NCBI GenBank assembly: GCA_030141605.1
Contig: JAQGDQ010000302.1
Location: 221,860 to 285,859, forward strand
Direction of reading: 5' to 3'
Length of the DNA: 64,000 nt
From: Tubiluchus corallicola
Taxonomy: Eukaryota; Animalia; Priapulida
Part shown: piece by piece, positions 25,221-37,700 of the stretch
Layout: each line of letters starts with the position of its first letter
Position numbering within the stretch: the first letter of the stretch is position 1
The notes under the pieces: generated by a model
What the model was told of the DNA's origin: nothing
The model's database searches: none
Seen by the model: the letters and a program-made list of their open reading frames with translations, nothing else
Made by a program: the position numbers and the translations under genes

Positions 25221-28200
25221 GAATAAACCGTTAATGTGAATCTTAATTATTTTGAGCAGCATGGAAGAGTTTGCCATCAATATGTTTGCCCATGCTAGCA
25301 GAAAGAGGTGTAACAGATAACAGAAATCATTTTTCCTTACAATTTTACCGCAGATAGCAACACAAACATTTTGTTTTTCTACATGGCTGCTCATGCGGGG
25401 TACACACATGCTCATTAGTTTTTGTGACCTTCGATGTAAATTAAGTGGAGCACGGCCAATCTGTAAGTAAGGCACATGACCTAGAAAGCTGATCAGGCCT
25501 TTTTAAAGATGTTAAAGAATTTTCCTTAGCAAAACGTTCATAATAAGCTCATAGCAGATGTTCTGTCGAAATAATATGACACAACTTAAAATAAAATCTC
25601 AACACTTATCCTGATTTTGCAGAAATATTAGTATTATAATACTCCAACCAACAACTAGCAACAAACAATTGCAAACCTCACTACGGCAGATAAAATCTTC
25701 AAACTAATCTCACAGTATGAGAACATTTCAAGCTTTTGTGGCATCTGGGGGTTCATAACAATTAAACGGGAATTAAAAGAAATGTAATTCTTACATTACA
25801 CTAATGGGAACATTGCAGAAGATGACAGGTAATGATTTTCCTCTGAAAAGCAGGACATGCAGTTAGATCAATGGCACTTATGACAGTAGCCATACAAGCA
25901 CAGCAAATTGATCTTAGAGCTTATATACCTTTAGCGGGGAACTACTTAAGTATTTACCGATAGATTTCATTATGTGGATTAAAGACACGTATGCCTAACT
26001 CACCATATATATGTGATTGCATAGATAATAGAAATACCATTCCATTGCATACTTTTTTATTGTTGTAATATGGCAAAGAAGAAATAACGTGTCATTCTAA
26101 TTTAGTGAAAAAACTGACATGGCATGTTTATATGGTACATTAAACCTTCTCAGTTGTATGATTATAATTATTAGTGTCTGTAATAACTAGTCAAATTGTT
26201 TTTGTTATTTTAATGTAAGATTGCAAACACTTTTATGTAATGTATTTGTTTCATTGCCATTCTTGGCGCTCTTGTATGGTACTCTTGTGCCGAAAAAACA
26301 AAATCATTCACATATGTGCATGAAATGATCATTCTTACTTTGGCATACATATGATTCTACATGAATTTCAAAGGTAAAATGTGCACACAATGGTAAGACT
26401 TCTGCAAGTACTGTGTATAACAAATGAATGGCAAGCCGTGAGTAACTGTAGTGAAAAGTTCTCGTCCACGAGAAATGTAGTAGCTCACACCAAAAGAGCA
26501 TTTTAATGACTTGAAAGAGCTACTTTTCCCTAAGCTTTGATTTAAACCCAAAATTTTATGTTATGAACAATATGTGTATGGGCAGTACTGCTATTTACAG
26601 CAAACTTTCCAATGATGGTAAATGGACTAGGAGCCGTTTTGTCAGATTCTGGTGTATTGATCACCATAAGTCATTTGACGAAGTTTAATTACTAAGCTGG
26701 TAAAAATTTTAATGGATTCAGTTTCTCAAATTCATTATTAAATTAAATTGTGGTTTTATGTGAGGGACTACAGACAGAATCTTGCATCAACCAATGATCG
26801 AGTGTTTAGCCTGCAAGTTAGCTTAAGATTCATTGAATTGTTATCGTCTGCTCAACACTGCTCACTCACAAGCGATAAAGATCCAATTTCCCAGTCAACT
26901 AGACCATTGAACAATCTCATTCATACGCTTTACACAGCGCAACTCAAGCCATCTTAAGAAGTAACCGAATTAATAAAGCCAGCGAAAGGAAGAGGTTATT
27001 AAGGTAATACAATCTATGCTACCCAAGCCAGTGAAAATGAGACAGGACCTAATTGCAGTTCAGCTGAACTACATCAGTCGGAACTGAAGCTGTGTGTGCC
27101 CAAGATATTTCAATGCAACTAGCAGCCAGTAATGTTTTACTACAAGCTGGGTGGCTAGGATGCTTGATCAATAGGTCTGACAATATTTGCAGTCAAGACT
27201 GAATCAATACACATTTGCCAATATCCCGAATTAGCTCTGAAGAATATAGTGAATGCAACCAGATATAAAGGCTATCCACCGAATCAATCTGACACTATCT
27301 TTGTGTATATTGAAGCACACAATATTGGCCAAACACAATATGGTGCAGAAACTGACATTCAGCATTTTCCAAAAAGTTAGTTGGTTTAAAACCAGCACTT
27401 TGGTAAAACTTGATCAAAATTGTGACACAAGTCAATTACTCTTACAAACAAAAATATGTGAAAAAATTAAAATGAGGGGGACTTCTAAACAAACAAACTA
27501 TGCTTATAAATAGAAAAAAGTTGTTCATAGTATATTTAACCACAGAGATTATTACTTTTAGCAACTTCTTCACTTAATTACACACAAGTTGCAAGGTCAT
27601 TTCAAAAATAAAGAAATAAAGTTTAAAACAAGGATACAGGTATATATTTAAAAAACAATCATGTTTGTTTTGACTTTCTGACTATAGTTTGATACAAATG
27701 TAAGATTGTGGTTTACAAAAAAAACTATCAAATGAATAACCCGTGATCAGCTCTATATTTTTGGTCCATCCTGGTATAAATTATTTTATTTTATTTTTAC
27801 ACAGATTGCAAAGAAGATTGTAAAGTTAATCAGAATCAGGAGCATTTGTTTAGCTTTAAAGGAAAACAGGATGATTTTTCACATACTGCTCGATTTTCAA
27901 GTACGGTAAAAAGAATATGTTTTAGCACATATCATAATGTCAAAGTGTTCCTGATAATTAAATAACAGCTGAAAAATTTAATCAACAGCCGGCAATCATA
28001 GTAAGCGATCACGTCAGACAATTTTCACATCAGTAATGTACAAGCTATCAAATGCCAGCCTAACCACAATGTTATATTTTTAAAAAGCAGTTTCAAAGGA
28101 TAGGGAGTAGAAACTGTGGAAGCAGCTGCAATTATTGACAAAAACGAACCTTGGATGCTCAAAAAAAATTTAAACATTGATACCTACACGGGTTTGTCGC

Positions 28201-29417
28201 TATAATGCCTTAAAATGAAGAAACAGGTATTTTCAAGGGGGATGGGAAATAATATCCTTGACAACTTAGCACTGTACAAATCTGTTACAAAATGCTTCCA
28301 GAAAACCACACAATCAAGATCGGAAGTAAAACAACATATTCTACCAAGGTGCTTAAAAGTTAAGATCGCACAAATTGTCTGCAGACCGCATTTTCATAAT
28401 GTGACACTTGTGATGCACCTGAGCAATCAGTTAATATTCCACAGCATTCAGGTTCTATTTGTTAATGCCCAAATGTGTACATGGGAATGACACGTTCTCT
28501 AATTATAATATACTAGATAATGCATCCGGAAAATGTGATGCAGTGGAGTGCACCCTTACATGATTTTAAAATGGCTGATTGCGTAATGATTGCAAATTTT
28601 ATTTCAAACACGCATTTCATACAAAATAATGAAAACATAATAGTATCTATGGCTACAAGGGTACTTCTATGTTATCAACTTTACCCAAGTGAATCATTGA
28701 TGCCTGCAGGTTATTTCGGTTATATAGGTTGGATCTTAAGGAAATCTGCGATGCATATAATGATGTGCATTTGCACGTTTGTTCACATGTTTTAATACCT
28801 GCCTCACATGATGCAAGTACTCATTGCAGTGACTAAGCTATATGAATAACAACAGCACTAGCGGTTACTGAGACAGTCACCAGCTTTATTTATCCGACTA
28901 CTGAAAGCCTGCTCATCAAACTCCAATAATCAAGTGAATTTCCTCTCAGTGGTTACTAAAGAGTCATTCGGGCAAAATCAATGTTCTTGTGCAAAGTTAA
29001 AATGGTGAAACACACACTGCTAATACGGCAAAGCAATTCCTTGATGAGCACATGGTCTGTTGAGTAGGGTAGAGACAAACTCAATGCAACTAAAATGCTG
29101 CCAAATGTTGCTAGACGTACTCAACTGGCCAAGCAGAAAAGTTTTTTGGAAAGCTTTGGTACCAACTAGCCAGAATGATGAACATTAATTACTAACAAAA
29201 AACATCACATTTCTAGAGTTTTCACATAAACAAGTGTAAGACTGAAAATACAGATTATTATATATATTATTATATATATTATTATTGTATTATTGTATAT
29301 GTGTGTGTGTGTGTGTGTGTGTTTCTATACATCACAGAGAGATGCGTTTCTCTCTGTGTGATACACTTCCAACTATGGACATAGTTAAACATTGCTGCAT
29401 TAACATCTCAGTTGGCA

Positions 29418-29452
<35 letters not shown>

Positions 29453-32400
29453 TTTTTTTTTTCTATATATATAGAAAATAGAGATAGGCTTTATATAAAA
29501 ACTCTACTGCCTTGAAAATGGAAAAAATTACAAGCTGCCAACTGAGATGTTAATACAGCAATGTTTAACTATGTCCATAGTTGGATGGAAGTGTATCACA
29601 GAGAGAGAGAAACACATCTCTCTTTCACACGTACATTAGAAAATGTTCTAACACAGGGCCTCAAAACTGGATTATGGAATGATGCAAAAGAATGAAAAGT
29701 ATATAAAAAATGTAATTATAATATATAAACTCAACCTATTATTATTCATTACAATGCCTTTCATTAACTGTGCCACAAGACTGAAGTGCACTAAACAACT
29801 TTTAGTGAATGTATAGGTGCTCGGCGCTTGCAGCTTTATATTTTGTTAATTGATTCTGTAGTTGCCTTCTCCGTAGTTGCTTTCACTGTCAATCTCAAGG
29901 CCCCTTCCCTCATAGAGCTGCCAATATATTTTGGAAGCAATGCCAATCGGTATGAGGCCTTAAGTCAAGAAACAAGATCAGATCTGAACAGTCATCAGGA
30001 TGGCGGTTCAAACTGGGATTATAATTCAAACATCTAGATAACTTGCAAACAATATTATGGTACAAATTATGATAAATAATCTAAACTATTCATGGCTTTG
30101 GTCATGAAAACAGCTTAATTTAGTTTAAATGCTATGTTGTGTCAATTACTCTTCTTAAGCTCTAAATGTCCTAAAAGCCTCACACCTAGCAAAATTAACT
30201 TCACGTGTCCAATTAAATTTTTATTATAAACAGCTATAGCTTAAGTCATTAAACATCATAGAACGTGGTCTGTAATGCAGAGTAAAAAAGCCAAATAGTA
30301 AATGTCTTAGCACGTGATTTTAAGCATCTAAACAAACATGTAATTTAAAACTGCACAGCTGTGCGAACATTATATGCAGTGTATATTGTTTACTATCCTT
30401 CACACTTTTAACAACATCTGATAGTAAGCTAACAAGTTATACTCGCATAATAAGCAGCTATGCAGCAGAAAACTATCAAGATGTGCCAACAATTGCCCAA
30501 CTAATCTATAATTTTTCACACGATGAAATCAGTAAAATGGAAATCACTAAAAGTAGTCATTTAACTGATGGAGAGCTTTTACAAAAGTGACCCACAATGT
30601 CTTACCACCCAGTTCTTCTTCTTTCCAAAAAGTTTATTTCTAGTAAAGTCACACTTTGTGTTTGCTTAAAAAGCTAGGCAACAGTTAGATAGCCTCCATA
30701 AGTAGCAAATAGACAGGTGATTGAAAGAAGAGAAAGAACACTGTTTTGAGCAAGCTCATCTGCCACATTACTTCTGCTTCTTCATTAGAATGTAGCTAAG
30801 AAACATGCTCGCCAGCGGGGAAGTGAAAGATACATGCCAGCTGCAAACAATCTTTCGTGACAGCTTGCGCAAGAAACACAATAAAGAAGATATCATCAAC
30901 TTTTTAATCTTCTTTTGTCAAATTCTTTGAGGAAATTATTCACAAAAGACTGATTTTAAGTGGTATTTATCACACATAGAAATGTGGCAGGCGTGGAAGC
31001 TAGCATAAACATGTTGTCTGGTTGAGGTTAAAAATTCCTATAAAAATCCATATAAATGAAGCCTAGAAGCTAAAGTATCGAACACAATTGGACTTTAAAT
31101 GACGTGTCTTAAATTTCTCAACTTACAACATGAAGTCCTGTTCCCAAGATGGATAATTGCCTTTGACAGCAACTGTGGTAGACTTCACATTTTGCAATTT
31201 TAACGTCACGTAACTGTGAAAACGATCTGCAACAAACAAAAAAAGCATAAATTCAATTACATTCAGAAAGGCACCAGAAATTAACTTCATGGCATGCACT
31301 GAAAATACTCAAGCCTACAATAACTGTCAAGTTATCAAGTAAAGGGCTGTGGAAAACAATATAAACCTACTTTGGTTGCTTGAAAATGGCTGACGGTAAT
31401 GACCTTTACTGCATAACGTCATTGACATCATTTTGCTCTACTCAGCAAAAATCTGAAAAAGCTGACCAAATGAAGCTAGCTTACCTCTTACCAAACGGCC
31501 ACAGCTGGACCATGACATGTGCTAAAATGTGTCAGTTCAAATTTGGTCATAGTGGCTAGTACATTGATGCCCTAATGGCACATATTGGTATGGACCCCTA
31601 CCAGTAGAGAACTAGGTACCACAAAAGACATGTTCTACTTCAAAACATGTACATGAGCAGCACATACCTACTACTTAAATTGTAAATACAGTAAACTATG
31701 TACAACTTGAACCAGTATAACTTGAATTTTTGCATATCTCAAACAGATTTCATGGAACGGATGTTCACTTTCATTTTCTCCTTTACCAAACATCGTGTCA
31801 ACCTGAAATCTGTAACTTGAATTACTGAGTAATTTAAACCGAATTCTCGGTACAATTCTCAAGAATCTGACTGAAATTACCCCACCTATTTCAAACAGCC
31901 TTCCAAGTGAGTAATCCTACACAAAAGTGTGCACCACATTCAGGGGTGTATCAAGACTTTACAACGCCCTAGGTAAATAGTTCTGTCCCACCCAACTCGA
32001 ACGTGAATCTATGGTTGTTTATGTAATAAGCAGATTAAGCAATTACTTGTGGTGTATTAGAAACACTATTAACCTAGCTTCTACCTGGTCATTATTAATT
32101 ACATGTATTTGCATGCTTATACTTAAGCAGGCTGCTCAACTGCTTGTTGTGTAATACCTTGCACCTGCCTGTAATGTGTTACAAAATGCACCCTTTACAT
32201 GAAAGTATACACATTTTCCGAGGAGAATAAGAATTTTTTCTAAAATGTGAGCCCTCAAGCTTTGGCACCCTAGGTTATAGCCTAGTTAGCCTATTGGTTA
32301 ATACGCCCCTGACCACATTACGAGTTTAACTGCTAGTTTCAGCAAAAATGCTAAGATTTCTTGTATTACCCTAGCAGAACACTGCTCACAACATGGTTTA

Positions 32401-34664
32401 AGACACATGGTTTAATGTAGATCACAATATTATTATTGCCAAATTCTATTAACCATGCTACTCAGACTACAATAAAGGTGGACTGGTCATTTTATTTTTG
32501 ATTAGTCATAAAAATTATTGTTTGAAATTTGATTAAAGGGCCAGTTTGTCACTTTCACAGACTGTAGAGTATCGTCCGATGTTGAGGAGCTTCTCAATCT
32601 TGTTTTCTTCCGAACATTGTCTAACTCATACTTTCGCATAACTTAATCAAATTTTCCTGTACTGAGGTGCTCAAGTTGTACATAGTTTACTGTAATTTAA
32701 GAATAACCCAAATATAACTTTATATACAACTCAGAATCATATGGACCTATTCAAATCATATGGCTATGGCAAGCCTGGACTTCACACAAAGGCTAAGGCG
32801 GAGTGATGATCATTATCATCATCATGAACTAATGAATCAGCAAGGGTTTCTCTGCCACGTTCAGATGTGCATACACCCTCCCTCTATGCAGTAAACAAAT
32901 TGGAATGTGGAATGAAACTTCCCCGAATGAGAATCAAGGAGTTTACCCATCCACTCACTGATCGGCCTCAGTACCATCTTAACTTCGGCAACCAAGGCAT
33001 TGCTCCTACCACTGCGTCTTGCACCCTGCCTTGAGCAGCTTGTTTACACTAGTTCCATCTCTTACGTTCACAATTTTGAAAAACAAAAGTTTTGAACATT
33101 AAAATTCTCCAAAAGCTGTGTCTGCCGGCCATTTAAATTAAATCCATCTCACCTTCTTCTCCAGGTGGTCCATGAAGACGAGCCTTTTTCACTGGAAAAA
33201 AAGACAATAAAAAGTGAAAACTGAGAAATAAATCTTTTACACATTTATCAAACTAGGGAAGAGTCGATAATGGTAAATATACATATATATTTCCAATAAT
33301 TTACGGTGCTGTAATTTTAATACAGTAAACTGCTCCACTGCGGTTCAAATAATAACAATACCTTACTATCTGATAGATGGTGTTATTGAAGATAAATCTG
33401 TTGTACGTGATTTAGGTGTTTTAATCTCAAACAACCTAAAGTAGAATTCACATATTGGGCATGTTATTTCTCAGGCCAATAGACGCATTGGAATGATAAA
33501 ACGCTGCCTTTCGTCACATAGTGCAAAAGTTATTGTACCTCTTTATAAAGCAGTAGTTAGGCCAATACTAGAATATGCATGCATTGTTTGGTTACCACTG
33601 TATGTTACTCTTAAAAATGCTTTAGAAAAAACTCAATGGAGATGTATTAATCTGGCCTCTGATTTTCAACCTGACTCTCTATCTTCTCTTGAACAATGCC
33701 GTGATACTACAGATCTTATTAGCTGTTACAAAGTCATTAGTGGTAGTTCTACTTTGCATAGTGACAAATTTTTTTCTAGGCCACTACGTGATTTACGTGG
33801 GCACAATTCTAAATTATTTGTACAATACTCTCGCACTAATATCAGAGCTCATTTCTTCTCTTCTCATGTTGTGGGCCCTTGGAATTCACTTAATAGTGAA
33901 ACAGTTGATGCATCAAATCTGCCGCAATTTTGGAAATTGTTGAGGACAGACCATCAATAACCTTGTTATGGTTAGGTCCCTTAGACTTCGCAAGCAAGTA
34001 TTGTGCAAACAAGCAAGTAAGCGCCTTTTACTGTGGTCCCCATGTCAAAATTACTCTTACAAAACGCTAGTTCCTAGTAATTTTCAGAGTCGCCTGTTGG
34101 ACAAATAAAAATTCACTGTTTGGAAGGCAAATTTATAAGCAAAACCCCTAGCTATTAAATCACTTAGTAAACAAATAAAATATAAAATAACGTGAAAGTA
34201 AAATGTAATTTTTCCTTCAAAGAATTGACGATTCTTTGGGCCAGTCTCTAAAGCCAGCACGCTGCCATTATTGGTAACAGAATAAGGTACTCTCTCTTGC
34301 CGGACGATCTGTAGCCTTCTTAGTCTATTGTCTTTCTACTCACATGCTGATCCCATGGTAGTGACTATACCTGTTTCGGTTGTGCTTGGTCACTAGCTCT
34401 AGAGTTTCTGCACCATTTAAATGGGAAAACGTTCTGATTCTGAGATGATGTCATTACAGTCACAATCAGAATCACAAAAAGAAGATTTTGCTATAATCCC
34501 TGACCATACTGACAAATTTATTGAAGAACTTAGATGATTTAAATTCTTTTTCTAGATGAGACAAAACACACGATTACAAACTAAAGTACATGTGAGGATG
34601 CCACCTAGTTCCAAATAGTGCAGAAACTGTTTTTAAAAAAGCAGAAAGGGGTCAGCTACTAACG

Positions 34665-34700
<36 letters not shown>

Positions 34701-37700
34701 CTGCAAAAAGATTTAGCAAATACAAACTTGTCTAGATTTGCAAGACAATGCATAGTGAGCAGGAGTGCCTGACATCAACAAGGTCAACAAGTGGAGCGTG
34801 TGACTTTTAAAAACGTATAAGTACACAAACAAAGAGAAACTGTCCATGCTGACTATAAAAAATATACAATCAGAGTGATTTAGAGCGTGCTCTACAATAT
34901 AAATGATTGTAGTCTACGGTTACCGCGATGGTAAAATGGCGTCAATTTCGTCTGCACAATCATAAAAAGGCGTTATGGTGACGGTAGCAGAAACTCTCTA
35001 CTGATCGGTGCTCCGTGGTTTTGCAGCAGATGAAAGTATAGTAATTACATACACCTGCCTACAAAGTACTTACAGCCTTACAGGTACTGAAATTATATAG
35101 TGCTGTTCCAATAATTTCTCGTTCTTGGAATTATAATGTAATCTACTGTATTTACATTAGACTAATAACTTATAAAATGTTTAATACATCAGGTCACACA
35201 AGCTCATTGTATAGCTGCAGTATTAATACATCAGGGTCAGATACAGTCATCACAGTGACTCAATTATTAGATCTACTTACTAATAAAGAAAAATTATAAA
35301 AGCGTGCTAACAGGCTGTAACTGGTCCCCTTGAATATTTCAGGGGAACCTTTTGTATCTTTTTTACAGTTTTTTATAGTTTATTATACTCTCAAAGGCTA
35401 AAAATTTATCATCTACTAGAAGATTTCTGTCACACAACCATCACGCTGTTACACACTATTTCAGCTGATAAAGGTCGTAACGCCAAAAGCAGAAACTAAA
35501 ATGAGACTCTAGAGCAGTATTGCGGATAATATGAAATGGTAAAACTCAACAGAGGGCAAAACTCTGAAAGCAATTCTCATCATTTTAACAATAAGTTTTT
35601 GGAATTACTTCACGGCTGAATTTTACTGTTGTATGTTGTGCTGTCATGGTCTTAAAAAGCTATCAGTAAAATACATCTACTGACGACTACATCATGTAAC
35701 AAAATTTTTGCTTCACTGCTCAGACATTGACATACATAGATATCATCCATCTAGCCAAGCCATATAAATTTGTAATTGTGTATAGCATAATGAGGTGACT
35801 TTATGTAATAGAATGCTGGCCAATGGACACAGCATACAACCTGTCAGAAATAGCAACAAATAGCTACATGAAATTATCACCACAACATATCATTAGCCTG
35901 AAACTTGCTTGAAACCTGAGCAGACAAATTTAAGCTAGATTACAGCTTGAAAGTTATAAATGCTCACTCTCAATCTAGGTCTGAGAAAAAGACAAATTAG
36001 GTCTTCTCACTGATGTAGGGATCACAGGACCTTTCTACAATTATTATTTCATATGCATTAAAAGGACAAACTTACATAATATATATGTGTCGTTGTGAAC
36101 GACCAAAAATCATAAAAAATAAATTTAATTTTCAATTAGATTAATAACCTGTAAAACCGCTATTACTGTAGTAGATATGGCTTCTATCTATCTGTTACCT
36201 ATTCTAAAAATGGGTTTAACGTAATAGTGAACGGCTGCTCTAGTTTTGCTATATTCTGCACTAGCAGTTGGCTTTTACAAGACATTATATGCAGACATCA
36301 TTTTACTATATTTCTGTGGAAACTTCTGTATCAATAAATGTTTAAAGTATATTCTACTGCTATACCTTTTGTCAACACGACAATATGTAACATATACATA
36401 TTAAAATAAGCATATTACAATAAGAAATTTTAGAAAACCCATAATACTAGAAAACAGAATGAGACGTAAAATGGAACTCCGAGCTTGAGTTTGAAATTTA
36501 AAATGCTCTACAAAAGTTATAAGTAATTTTATGCAAATTATATAAGTTACTGTACATGTGCAGTATGTACAGTAAATAGACCAGCACTTACTTATGTACT
36601 TATAATTAAAGTTGTAGTAATTACATTAATAAAAGATTGTATATTAATACAAAAAGCAATAAAGCTTGTATTTAATGTTTTAGTTATGTGATTAAAAATA
36701 ATTATTTAATAATTAATTTACGATGAGATGTCGGTGGACCCCACCCTGCAATCACTTGGTAGGATCAATTTATCGCATGTCCTATAGAAAGAGTGGCTTC
36801 AATTAAGCCCGCAAGATGCACTTTTAATACTGAAGCGTGTATATTAGAGACTATCTTACTGTCAGCCTGCTATTTAAAACTCATGCAGTAATAAATAACT
36901 ATATAACTTGTGGAGCCACAAATAGATGGTTTCTTTCAATCTTTGTATTCAAAAACTCTTCGCTAGCATCAACATGTGAGTGATAAATGAAGTCAGCCTA
37001 TCATATGCCAATAATCAATAGCTTTTAATAACTATATACAAGTTATGATATCAGGTTTATATAAATGATAAGTAATTGAGTACTATCCGTTGCAAATCCA
37101 TAAGATTAATTCTATGTAAATGCATCATATATAACCTGATGACTCTGCATTTGTAGGGCTACATATCTACAGTACACCAATAGATAAATTATAAGAATTA
37201 TCCTTTCTGCAGAATGGCAACTATGCTAAGTTGCCATATTTTAGTGTATAAGGTTTAACTAAAGTAGCGTACAATTACAAAAAACTGGATTGTCTTCCAC
37301 ATAGTTGTAAGATATTTTTCATTAGGTACCTTTGCCTGTAACAGTTTCAGCATACTGGTCAAAACTCAAAACCTCATTTTGTCTGTAATACTTACCATAT
37401 CTGTTTTAGTTTTTTTCCACCCATTAAAATAATAATTTTAACTCTCCTGCTTCTTCTATAATGCAGCTGACGTAATAATTAAACTAACTTAACGCGGATA
37501 AATTGCATACTTTACATGATGACTAATACTCAAATGCTGTCACATATAGTGTATATAAAAGTGTATATAGAAGTATATTATACATATAATATAATACTAT
37601 ATAGTAGAGTATATATAGTGTAATTCTATGTATAGAAGTGTATATAAAATGCCAAACACAACCAATGAGATGAAACATTGCATGAATTTTACACTTAGAA

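Noticed and set aside
35000-35030. RE1/NRSE-like sequence in unc-13 intron 1
   Set aside because: Only the ACCACGGA core matches; the half-sites are poor.
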